Source of the DNA: Balanoglossus misakiensis
Lineage: Eukaryota; Animalia; Hemichordata
Length of the DNA stretch: 64,000 nucleotides
Assembly (NCBI GenBank): GCA_040954595.2
Contig: CM082583.2
Location: forward strand, 12,500,987-12,564,986
Direction: 5' to 3'
Shown: one piece after another, positions 28,935 to 41,200 of the stretch
Numbering within the stretch: the stretch's first letter is position 1
How the letters are laid out: each line of letters begins with the position of its first letter
Notes under the pieces: generated by a model
What the model was told of the DNA's origin: nothing
What the model saw: the letters and a program-made list of their open reading frames with translations, nothing else
Databases searched by the model: none
Position numbers and translations under genes: made by a program

Positions 28935-29682
28935 AGTGTAAACAAGACTTTAGGGTAGCCACCTCATTCCATTTATCACCTGAAGAAGTTATGATCAAAA
29001 GATATAGATATAGTTTTTGTTTGTTTAATTCTATTTTTAAAAGATTATTTCTTTCATGTAAACAAAAAACCTTTCCAAACAAATCCATTGTAGAGTTTGG
29101 GAGTCTATTTTCGATGTATATGATATGTCTTGACCTAGCCGATTTACTTAATTGAAGCGAGGGTGAGAAACTGGGCGAGTGAGAGGAAATGCCCTTAATA
29201 TTTGAGGCACATGTTGTATGCTAATTAAACTATAGTTGTCTCGTTGTCCTTCCACCTGTTAGACAGGTCCGATGAATCATGACAATATCATCCAATATGG
29301 CCGACACTTTCCACTTCCTGTTGACCCTGTGACCCAAATTTATTTTTCACCTTGAATTAGAGGTTTACTTACCTTGCGTCACATTCATCAACCCTTTCCT
29401 TCCCGCCCTCTACTGACCTGTGATATCAGTCGGACAGTTCCTCCCGAGCTGGGTTCAGTAGGCTTAAGAATCCGCAAGACTGACGTACACGTATGTTAAG
29501 TATATTTTGCCGACAATCAAATCAAGAAAGGAGATGACTTTTGTATTCTATCAGAAATATATAAAAAAATTAAAAGAAGGCATTACCACTGTAAAATAAG
29601 CCAACAGCTTTAGCGGTCAAATACTGTCAACATTACAATCATCGTCAACATTTTCCTGTGGTGATAAATCAAAGTACTGTTT

Positions 29683-29763
29683 CTATGGCAATAATCCACA
29701 CTGTGTATGGCAATATACCACAGTCGCTATGGTAATATTCCACACCTCCTATGGCAATCATCC
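29683..29763 (+). repeat. Degenerate 22-bp minisatellite (4 copies) downstream of the ARID3 stop
   Basis: Core TATGG(C/T)AAT at 29684, 29706, 29728 and 29750. Confidence 0.7.
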
Positions 29764-32700
29764 GTACTTTAATGTAAAACATCATTTTCAACACAAGATG
29801 GTGTTATTGCCAAGCCGAGCTATTACTGCCCACGAAGAAAAAATGCAAATAATGACAAATCTAATATTTCAAGCAAAAAAGAAAACAAAACCAATGCAGT
29901 AGCCTAATAGAAGATATTTAAAGGACGGGCTTTCATGACAACGCGTATCAATCTCTTCTCGACAACCACCTCAGCCATTGTTCACCATGTGAGGGCACTC
30001 TCACCAATTTGTGTGGGTAATCTCAGTATGGACCAAATAGCCAGCTTTTTTTACTTTTCTATGTATGTATTTATGCATGTCCTGTGAACAGGTGACAATC
30101 ACTAGATACAAAGTGAGATGTTTATTTTTTTTGTAGACCAAACTTTGTGGTTTGTATTACCCAAATATTAATGGGGTTTATTTCTTGATTAATTGGTACT
30201 AATCTGGGATTTGGGATGAATGAAGACGTTTATGACTAAACAGTATTATTATCATTTTTATTTCTACTCAAAAAAAAATTAAATTCTAGAAGACCTTTAC
30301 ATCATCTGGACTTTGAGACACTGTAAGAATGTATAGCACAGTATCCTATTTGATATTTGGTTTGTATATTTGGAGCGATATTTTTCGACTTTACAATTGC
30401 ATCTCCTGTGTCTGTTCCCCTGAAAAGGGAAACTATTTACCTGTTTTTTTTTCCAAAGCAGCTTACACTCAACACTGCCAATGAGTGTCATAGACTTTAC
30501 TTCCTAGAAAACTCTACCTCTGTATAATATAGTATTAATGAACCTGTCATTGTGCCTTTGTAGCTAGGATGCTATTGAAATTTTCCTCACTTGTATAGAT
30601 TACGCTCAGCAAATGCTGAGACCCGCTCTTTTACATCATGTATGGTGCCTTCGCAACCAGAGTACCTGATTTCAATGTGGTGCATACTGACATTTTTAAA
30701 AACCTTTCCACTGAGGCATCTAGAGTTTAACTTAAAACTGTAAAGGTGATCAGAAAGCATAGAACAAAACTACTAAAATAGTAGCATTCTGTATATGTGT
30801 GCCATCAATAGGGCAGAGTTGATTGCCCAGAAGTGAGCAAATAGTATTTAGATTCTTCAGTTAAGATTGTTGCATTCATATTGAGTGCTCACTGCAGTGA
30901 ATGATATATGTCCTGTTCTCTCATTCCACTTTCACCCCCTCACCACCTTGGTATGGTCCAAATCCATTGTTTTCTGTGGTAAAGTTGGACGAATGGGGGT
31001 GGAAGGGTTAAACCAATGATGTAGTCAAGATTCCAATCATGTAGGCCCAAGAGAAACCATGTTGGTAACAGAAAATGACTCTTTATAAAAATGAATTATG
31101 ACCAGATGAACTATCTCTGATTTGGATGCACTTTGAACTTATGAACTTCAACCTTAAAATTAAAAATTCTTGTCCTGATTGCCAATAGGAACTTATCCTC
31201 ACCCTCAGAAATTGGGCAAAACAAAATTATTTCTGGGTCATTGTAGCTGGATGGTACTGAAAAAGTGGTATTTGATAAGAAGGAATTAGTGAGTGGGGTT
31301 TCATTGCCAGCAAGTCGCGGTTTTCATGAACTTAAGAGGCTGAATTGACAGTATTTTTTTACAAATACATTGTACTTTCTTTTTTCCACTTTGTTATTCC
31401 AGATAAACCCACCAATCGTTTCTCTGCTGCCCATTATTAGCTTTACAATACCACTGCCATATATATAAATATATGTATACATATATCTTCTGTCTCCTTG
31501 TAATTCGAGGATTTCTCTCAGCAAAAGACAATCACTTTCTCTTCAGCTGTATTTACTTAATATTTTTTGTTTTGTATGTGTCAATTGGACTTTGTAACAT
31601 GCTGTGCTGGGGTGTGTGTGGTAACTTTGTTTGGACGCTAACCATTAAAGCCTGTTTGCGGCCACTGACCAACCTTATACAGCTAACACAGACCAGTCAA
31701 CTTGTGAGTGTATTACAGCATTTGCAAAATAATCTCTGGTAACCATTTGGCAAAACCTTCAAGTGAAGCATGATAGCATGCACTCCAGCATAGCTTTGCT
31801 ACCCCAGTACATTCCATATTGACATTTAAAGAGCTTGTCTTTTCATATGAAAATAAATAAGCAGTGGATCAGTATATATTATTATTTTTTGTTTAATGTA
31901 GTGTATCAGTTATTTTTTAACATACAAGTCATGATGACTTTCATATAATATTTCATACTTTTGAAATGATATTTTGTGATGTTTCAACTATGTTGCCATA
32001 GACACCCTGATTCTGCTTTGGGAGAGAGTGATTTGGATAATTGTGCATTTGCATGTATGTATTATAATCCAAACATTTTTTCTGCAACATGTTCCCATTG
32101 GTCACAAGAAAAACGCTCAAATTAATATCTTTGGCTTTTATGAAAAGTGAAATAGTTTGTCAGAAAATAATACGCAAGCACGGGATACCACATGTATAAT
32201 ACTCAGTAACAATGCAAACTTTTGAAGTTCCGTGGATCATGGACTTTATGGCTTCTGTTTTGTGTTGGTGTTCCAGAGAGCTCCATAGCAGGGTAATAGA
32301 CACTCAGTATGCATAGTTATATTTCAATGTGTATTTTTCATCCAGAATATACTATATACTTATTATATCATCATTCGATTTTGCATAGTGTTTGACACTT
32401 TGTAGACTTCACAGACACTGTGCAGTTCTCTGGCGTGCTGTTCTGTCATGACAATGCAAGGACTGTCGATCATTTTCCATTTTTACATGCCTTCTGAACC
32501 GTTGGTTTTCATTGTCTTGACTTGTTATTGACCATTGTCTTGACGATGACAGGCGATTGTCCGTTTGTTAACCATTGCACAGACAGAGAATAAGAGTGAT
32601 CAACCTTGCGGTGTCCTTACCCCTATAAGTAAACTTACGTCTAGAATGTCAGAATTTTTTAGTCATTGCAGTCTGTGAGTGAACTCTCATTTGGGAACTT

Positions 32701-32967
32701 TTGTTTGTATATTTTGGTTAGTATCAACACAACGAATGTAACCTATTTTGTATCCAGTCAAATAAAATACTGATACATTTGTTTATAAAGTCTTGTGTCA
32801 TACTTTGTTTTGTTTTGCTATTATTTACCTCTCTGAGACAAGTGATCGAAGATGCTAGAAACTCCGTCGCCTGGGGGCGCTCACTGCGCTCATAGGTCAC
32901 TCCCAGGTCCCTCCACTGCTCCACGTGTTACGTCCGACCTACCTTTAAAGAAGTGGTTGGTTCTAAA

Positions 32968-35900
32968 ATGGCGGTACTCTTGCAGAAATGTATTCTGCTA
33001 GCTTCTGTGAGTTTATGTTGGTTTTCGAGTGTCCGCGGTGACTTTCCGTTCCGCAACACATCACTACCATGGGACGAAAGAGTGGACGACCTGGTCAAGC
33101 GACTGACATTGGACGAAATCGTTTTACAAATGGCACGTGGTGGTACGGCCAAAAACGGACCAGCCCCGCCCATTGAACGACTGGACATTGGTCCTTACTC
33201 CTGGAACACAGAGTGTCTGCGAGGAGACGCATCTGCCGGATTCGCAACATCTTTTCCTCAAGCAATTGGCCTAGCGGCCGCATTTGAGTAAGTTTTTGCT
33301 TATCTTCTGATATTTTGGCCAAGCAAAGTTCTTTAGCCAAAATTAAGGGGCGGAACATTTGATTTATGACCCAAAACTTAATGCACAATATAATAAAAGA
33401 TTGCTTTGCAGCATTTGATTCAAATTTTAATCCAAACACCATGCAGTTCATAGAATGAAACTTTGAGGGGGCGTTTCTACAACCATCCATCATACATGTA
33501 TATCATGTTTGCTCAGTATATTGCACGCTGTGGTCTTTTCAACAAAAACATGACATTTACTGACAAAAGTGATTAATGTTGATATATTTTATTGACAGTG
33601 CTAGATTGGTACGAGAGGTTTCTAATGCAACAGCCTTTGAAGTCAGAGCCAAATACAACTATTTTGTCAAAGAAAAACAATACGGAGACCACAAAGGCCT
33701 GAGTTGTTTCAGTCCTGTCATTAATATAGCCAGGCATCCACTATGGGGAAGGAACCAGGTAATTGTTACTGAGGGATCAATCATATGTAATAAAGATTAT
33801 TTAGGAAAGACCAGAAAAAAAAGTTTTGGTATAATTCCTAAGGGTTCAGTGATGATGATGATGATGATGATGATGAAGATGATGATTTTTTGAGTTAAGA
33901 ACTGCTGTCATCAGCCACTTCAAATGTGTCATTATTATTACTAGGAAACTTATGGAGAAGACCCATATTTGACAGGAGAGTTGGCAGCAGCCTATGTAAC
34001 GGGTCTTCAAGGAAGCCATCCTCGTTACATCACAGCCAACGCTGGATGCAAGCACTTTGATGTCTATGCTGGTCCTGAAGATGTGCCATCATCAAGATTT
34101 TCATTTGATGCAAAGGTAGTGTCAAAATATAGATGCATTCAAAGATTGAATGTTAGTGTACCGGTATATGCAGTCTACAACTCATGTTCTTTCTTTTCAT
34201 GTATATCTTTATAAATGACAGATCCCTTTCATATTTCTCATTTCACTGACAGGTTTCTGAGAGGGATTGGAGGATGACATTTCTGCCTGCCTTTCATGAA
34301 TGTGTAAAAGCTGGAACCTACAGTCTGATGTGCAGCTACAACAGGTAATCTATCTGGGGAACCCCAGTGACATTTAACCATGGTACAATGCATACTGATG
34401 ATGTTGACTTATGAGAACCTGTGTATTTCCACCAGTAACCATGGTATTCTTTTGCCTCAGTAATATATTTCTACATCTTTACCAGAATCAATGGCATACC
34501 AGCATGTGCGAACAAGCAACTCCTGACAGATATCTTGAGAAAGGAATGGAGTTTCACCGGCTATGTTATCAGTGATGAGGCAGCGGTCGAGAATATCTAC
34601 AAAGACCATCACTACACCGAGAACATGCTGGAGACCGCCATAGCAACGGTCAACAGCGGCCTCAACCTCGAGCTCTCTGGAGATCTCAGCGACAACACTT
34701 TCATGAGAATCGGGCAAGCCGTCAAGCAGGGCAATATCACCATGGAAACAGTAGTGGAGAGAGTGAAGCCGTTGTTTTATACCAGGATGCGTCTGGGAGA
34801 GTTTGATCCGCCAGACATGAATCCCTACACGAAATTGGATCTGTCTGTGATTGAGAATCCAAGGCATCAAGAAATCGCCCTCCGTGCTGCGCAGAAGACT
34901 TTTGTCTTGCTGAAAAATGATCACAGTTTTCTTCCAATGAAAGGTCAAGTTGACACTCTGGCTGTAAGTACAGTTTGCTATGAATAAGTGTATCATGTTT
35001 TGTACTTTTTTATGCACAATCCACACATAAACTCTCTGCTCCTATTGTGTTCTTCTATATCAGGTTGTTGGTCCGTTTGCAGACAACGCAGAAGATCTGT
35101 ATGGTACATATGCACCAGACGTGAGCAACCTGACTGTGACTCCACGTAATGGACTGTCCCTGCTGGCATCCAAGACCAAGTTTGCATCAGGCTGTTTGTC
35201 AACAAGGTGTCTGTACTATGATTCTAAAACTATCAAAGAGGCTGTCACTGGTGCAGACTTAGTGGTTGCTTGCCTAGGCACAGGTAACTCAAAGGTCCAT
35301 TAGCTTTGACTTTTGACTTCTTCAATTTTTCCAGTATTTTTGTTTTGTGACACAGCAATTATAGTACAAGATGTTATTGCCACATCATTTTCCATCCACA
35401 GGTAGTGATAATGAAGCAGAAGGAAATGATAGAACAAAAATATCTCTACCAGGGCAACAGCTGAGATTGCTACAAGACACTGTGAAATTCGGTGAGTTTA
35501 TTTGAAACAACCGTGACATTTTCATTGTGAATACAGAAGGGGATTATAGTAACTATATTCTTCATCATATCCTATTGCAGCCTATGGCAAGCCAGTTCTA
35601 CTGCTGCTCTTCAATGCTGGACCACTGGACATATCTTGGGCTGTGAATAACACTGCAGTACCTGTCATAGTGGAGTGTTTCTTTCCAGCCCAATCCACTG
35701 GTACTGCTTTGTACAATATGTTTGTCAACAAGAAAGGTGCTAATCCTGCAGGTCGACTTCCAATGACGTGGCCCAAATCCATGGATCAGGTAAATGGCAG
35801 AATTTGTATCAATGCCTCTGTATCTACATTTCTTGAGTGGCCCAAACATGCAAGACTATCAACATTTTTGCCAATTGAAATCGGAGAAAGCTCCTTGAAT

Positions 35901-36541
35901 AAAAAGCAAGCATAACTCTCTTTCAGGTTCCACCAATGGTAGACTACACCATGGATGGGAGAACATACCGCTATTTCCATGGTGATCCACTGTTTCCATT
36001 CGGATATGGTCTCTCCTACACAACTTTCCAGTACAGCAATCTGAAGGTGACTCCAACCAATGTGAAGCCATGCAATGCAGTTACAGTCAGTGTTAGTGTC
36101 CAGAATATGGGCAGTCTGTCTGGAGATGAGGTCTGTATCAAACAGCAATATTTGGAGTTTTTATTTTCATGTTTGGATCAGGTCAATGAATTTTCTCCTG
36201 AGATTATTATTTTAAATCATGGTTTTTCTATTTCTCTCTTGAATGATCACCAGGTATCACAGCTGTATCTCAGCTGGACCAATGCATCCATCCCAGTTCC
36301 CAAATGGCAACTAGTCGCTTTCAACCGTACAGAAATACAGCCAGGCAAATCCATCACCATCATCTTCACAGTCGTTCCACGCGTCATGACAGTCTACACG
36401 AATCAATGGGTGATAGAACCTGGAACATACACTGTGTATGCAGGCGGCCAGCAGCCAAACCAGGCCACCCAAGTGCCTTCCAATGTGCTCAAGGGTCAGT
36501 TCCAAGTGACAGGGCCTACAACACCATTGTCCCAATGCTAG
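32968..36541 (+). CDS. Secreted glycoside hydrolase family 3 beta-xylosidase/alpha-L-arabinofuranosidase-like protein, copy A
   Basis: Signal peptide MAVLLQKCILLASVSLCWFSSVRG; about 10 exons. Motifs: ERVDDLVKRLTLDE, ATSFPQAIGLAAAF, FSPVINIARHPLWGRNQETYGEDP, CKHF, LMCSYN, GYVISD (nucleophile Asp), EAEGNDR (acid/base), NPAGRLPMTW, GRTYRYF, PFGYGLSYT, C-terminal Fn3-like domain. Confidence 0.93.
33849..33886. repeat. (GAT)n microsatellite in GH3-A intron 2
   Basis: gatgatgatg run; the equivalent intron of copy B has a much shorter run. Confidence 0.85.
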
Positions 36542-36805
36542 TATGTAGTTGGGGGTAGACTCATAAGTGCAGTTTTCAATTATTAACACACTAAAAGTGG
36601 TGTTTTTGGAGTTTATCAGGGGTGTATATAATTTTTTATTGTTCTGAGCACAGCTGAGCCAAATTACTTCCAAATAAGGAGATCAGGAAAGAAATATAGT
36701 TGGGATATAAAATATCCATTCGTTTGAAACGGTCACACTCATTTCAAAATATTTTTTAACATAAGTAAATGTTGATAATTTTGAAAGTGTTTTATGAATA
36801 TTTAC

Positions 36806-37706
36806 ATATAATCCCATGATATCTTTCTTTGTTTGACGTCATCGTATACGAGTGGTTTTCGCGGAGCAGTGCAACTTCGAGCCGTAGGCGAGAAGTTGTA
36901 CGACTCCGCGAAAACCACGAGTATACGATGACGTTAAACAAAGAAAGATATCATGGGATTATATATTTATCACATGAACAGTCTTCTTATTTTTCGTTAG
37001 AAGAGGCAGGACTAAAACAATTCAGTACCTTGCAACAATTTTCGAGCGGTGTCGTATTTTACTGAGCGGGATTATGTCCCCCAGGAGATATATGTTGGGA
37101 GATTTTATGAATGATCAGCGATAGTTCATCATTTGCATATACGCAAATGGTGAACTATCGCTGATCATTCATAAAATCTCCCAACAAGTCGTCCCGTTGA
37201 GTTCCGTTCGCTCGAAGTTCGGCCTTACACAAATGTAATCGATTCTCTAACAATTTTACTGCAACCTGTTGCCACGTCTTATACATTTCGTTGACCGGTG
37301 CAATAGACAGGTTCAGTCGTCACGCAGAACTGGCTCGAAACAATTCCCCACACTGATTCGACTCGGAACGTACCGGACTTGCGCCTAGCCTAGGCTATGT
37401 ACACCTGACCCAAAACTTTGACAGCCACGATCGTCCATGATCGTTGCTTCGACTGTCTTCTTTCCAAATTCCACCTTTCTGTTTTGAGCTTACAAAGCGT
37501 TATTGTCATGGAACCGTAATTTTTTTATTTCATTTCTGTATTGTAAATGCCGCGCGCTACACGTACTGTTTCTGTTTGACAACAAAGCTACGGCGAATCG
37601 GTGGAAATAGTTCCGGTTGATGACGTAACACAGGGGTGATCAGGATTTTTGATCTGTCCTGGTCTACGTCACACAGGTGGTGATCAGGGCCAGTTCATGT
37701 GATAAA
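36806..37706. mobile_element. Non-autonomous hairpin-terminated element with internal complementary region (tyrosine-recombinase/Crypton- or DIRS-like architecture)
   Basis: 159-nt terminal hairpin 36806-36964; 14-bp inverted repeat TTTATCACATGAAC (36966-36979) / GTTCATGTGATAAA (37693-37706); GC/CpG-richer than its AT-rich flanks; no ORF and no TSD seen. Family assignment is inference. Confidence 0.6.
37093..37186. repeat. 94-bp near-perfect palindrome nested in the element
   Basis: TGTTGGGAGATTTTATGAATGATCAGCGATAGTTCA ... TGAACTATCGCTGATCATTCATAAAATCTCCCAACA; two mismatches, essentially no loop. Confidence 0.9.
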
Positions 37707-38270
37707 GAGTATATACGATAATACATATTTTAAAAATAAACTACATGTACTGCATGCTTGGTGTAGACTGATTTGAGATTATGGTTTATTGACATTTACC
37801 ATAATTATTTTATTGCCTAAGCAGTAACAACGCAGTTCTAAAGCTGATAAATGGAAGATGCTCGTGATGTTATGGATGCAGTCGAAAAACAAAAGCATCA
37901 CACATTTTACCACTGGTGTTGAGGGTATAGTTGAAAAAACAAAAAAATCCCATGCTTTTACCACTGGAGGCTGAATGAGCGAACTTTGGGAAAACAAAAA
38001 CATATACACGTAACAGAATCAACAAACAACAAGCATTTCAATCAGCTTCTATTTATTTAATAACTTACACCAACAAAGTAGCAAAAAACCCCAAATAAAT
38101 GTTACACCCTATAATGTATTTCAATAAAATATAAAATTGAAAGTTTCTGAATTCATTAAAAACACTGTGACATAAATGGCTATTTTACACCCGTGAAAAA
38201 ACACCCCTTTTTGTGTGTTAATAATTGAAAACTGCACTAATGAGTCTACCCCTCAACTCAATGTAAAATA

Positions 38271-41200
38271 CTAGCATTGGGACAATGGTGTTGTAGCCCC
38301 TGTCACTTGGAACTGACCCTTGAGCACATTGGAAGGCACTTGGGTGGCCTGGTTTGGCTGTTGGCCGCCTGCATACACAGTGTATGTTCCAGGTTCTATC
38401 ACCCATTGATTCGTGTAGACTGCCATGACGCGTGGAACGACTGTGAAGATGATGGTGATGGATTTGCCTGGCTGTATTTCTGTACGGTTGAAAGCGACTA
38501 GTTGCCATTTGGGAACTGGGATGGATGCATTGGTCCAGCTGAGATACAGCTGTGATACCTGGTGATCATTCAAGACAGAAATAGAAAAACATTGATTTAA
38601 AATTTTAATCTCAGGAGAAAATTCATTGACCTGATCAAAACATGAAAATAAAAACTCCAAATATTGCTGTTTGATACAGACCTCATCTCCAGACAGACTG
38701 CCTATATTCTGGACACTAACACTGACTGTAACTGCATTGCATGGCTTCACATTGGTTGGAGTCACCTTCAGATTGCTGTACTGGAAAGTTGTGTAGGAGA
38801 GACCGTATCCGAATGGAAACAGTGGATCACCATGGAAATAGCGGTATGTTCTCCCATCCATGGTGTAGTCTACCATTGGTGGAACCTGAAAGAGAGTTAT
38901 GCTTGCTTTTTATTCAAGGAGCTTTCTCCAATTTCAATCGGCAAAAATGTTGATAGTCAGGCATGTTTGGGCCACTCAAGAAATGTACCGGTAGATACAA
39001 AGACATTGATAAAAATTTTGGCATTTACCTGATCCATGGATTTGGGCCATGTCATTGGAAGTCGACCTGCAGGATTAGCACCTTTCTTGTTGACAAACAT
39101 ATTGTACAAAGCTGTACCAGTGGATTGGGCTGGGAAGAAACATTCCACAATGACAGGCACTGCAGTGTTATTCACAGCCCACGATATGTCCAGTGGTCCA
39201 GCATTGAAGAGCAGCAGTAGAACTGGCTTGCCATTGGCTGGGAAGGGAAAAAAGGACAATCATATCAGATTGGTTGACCCTATCAAAGAAACTTTCATCC
39301 AGTGTGGTGCAGTGTAGTGTAGTAATTACTCACCAAATTTGACGGCGTCTTGCAGTAAGGTGAGTTGTTGTCCAGGTAGTGTTAAGTCAGATCTGTCATT
39401 GCCTTCACTTTCAACATCACCACCTTCAAATGAACAACCAGGTACATGATTATAACCTCTTTCAGAGGTCTGACATGTCAAAAATAACTGCATATGGGCC
39501 AGGGCACTTTTCACATAGAGATACACAGGAATCTATAGTACCCTGGTAAATGCATGAATGTGTGTTTGAAGTTACCTGTGCCAAGACAAACAACTACCAG
39601 ATCTGCACCAGTGATGGCATCTTGGATTGTCTTGTGATCATAGGATGTACATTCTGCCGATGAACAGCCTGCTGCAAACTTTGTCTTGGATGCCAACGGG
39701 GACAGACCATAGCGTGGAGTCACAGTCAGGTTACTCACGTCTGGTGCGTATGTACCATACAGATCTTCTGCGTTGTCTGCAAACGGACCAACAACCTGAT
39801 AAAGAAGAACACAGCGTGGATTGTACTTTGGGGATGATAGGCATTCCCTCAGGGAACAGTCCTATGCTGTTGCCCTTACAGCCAATCACAAAACACGATA
39901 TACTGATTCGTAGCAAACTGTACTTACAGCCAGAGTATCAACTTGACCTTTTATTGGAAGAAAACTCTGATCATTTTTCAGCAAGACAAAAGTCTTCTCC
40001 GCAGCACGGAGGGCAATTTCTTGATGCCTTGGATTCTCAATCACAGACAGATCCAATTTCGTGTAGGGATTCATGTCTGGCGGATCAAACTCTCCCAGTC
40101 GCATTCTGGTATAAAACAATGGTTTCACTCTCTCCACTACTGTTTCCATGGTGATATTGCCCTGCTTGACAGCTTCCCCGATTCTCATGAAAGTGTTATC
40201 GCTCAGAGCGCGAGACAGCTCCAGGTTGAGGCCGCTGTTGACCGTTGCTATGGCGGTCTCCAGCATGTTCTCAGTGTAGTGATGGTCGTTCTGAATTCTT
40301 TCCACAGCTGACTGATCACTGATGATGTAACCATGAAAATTCCATTCCTTTCTCAAGATGTCTGTCAGGAGTTTCTTGTTCGCACATGCTGGTATACCAT
40401 TGATGCTGTGAACAAAACATAAAAATGATACAGTGAAAACTTATTAACCTGTCTATAAAGACCAGGGGAAATGGTGTTGATCCTCACAGGGTAACCACAC
40501 TGCTCTGGTATATTCCCTACTAGTATGTTTAGGCAACAGAGAGCTGAACTCTATAGTGATAAGATAGTCAAGGCAGCTGTATTGAAGCTGATGTAGACTA
40601 CCTGTTGTAGCTGCACATCAGACTGTAGGTTCCAGCTTTCACACATTCATGAAAGGCAGGCAGAAACGTCATCCTCCAATCCCTTTCAGAAACCTGTCAG
40701 TGAAATGAGAAATATGAAAGGGATCTGTCATTTTGAAGATGTCTGGCTTAGATTGTTCAATCCTGGTCTTCTCTGTTGAAAGTGTGCTAGATTCACAGAT
40801 ATTTAAACTCCAAAATCAGCAATGTGTTAGTTGAGTTCTGCAATTAACTTTACACTACCTTTGCATCAAATGAAAACCTCAGAGTTGGAATATTTTCAGG
40901 ACCGGCATAGACATCAAAGTGTTTGCATCCAGCGTTGGCTGTGATGTAACGGGGATGGCTTCCCTGAAGACCTGTTACATAGGCTGCTGCTAACTCTCCT
41001 GTCAAATATGGGTCTTCTCCATAAGTTTCCTAATAAAGACAGATTTGAAGTGGCAGATGACATCGTCATCATCACTGAAACCTTAGGAATTATGATACCA
41101 AAACTTTTTTCTGGTCTTTCCTAAATAATCTTTATTACATATGATCCCTCATTGACAAGATTTACCTGGTTCCTGCCCCATAGTGGATGTCTGGCTATAT

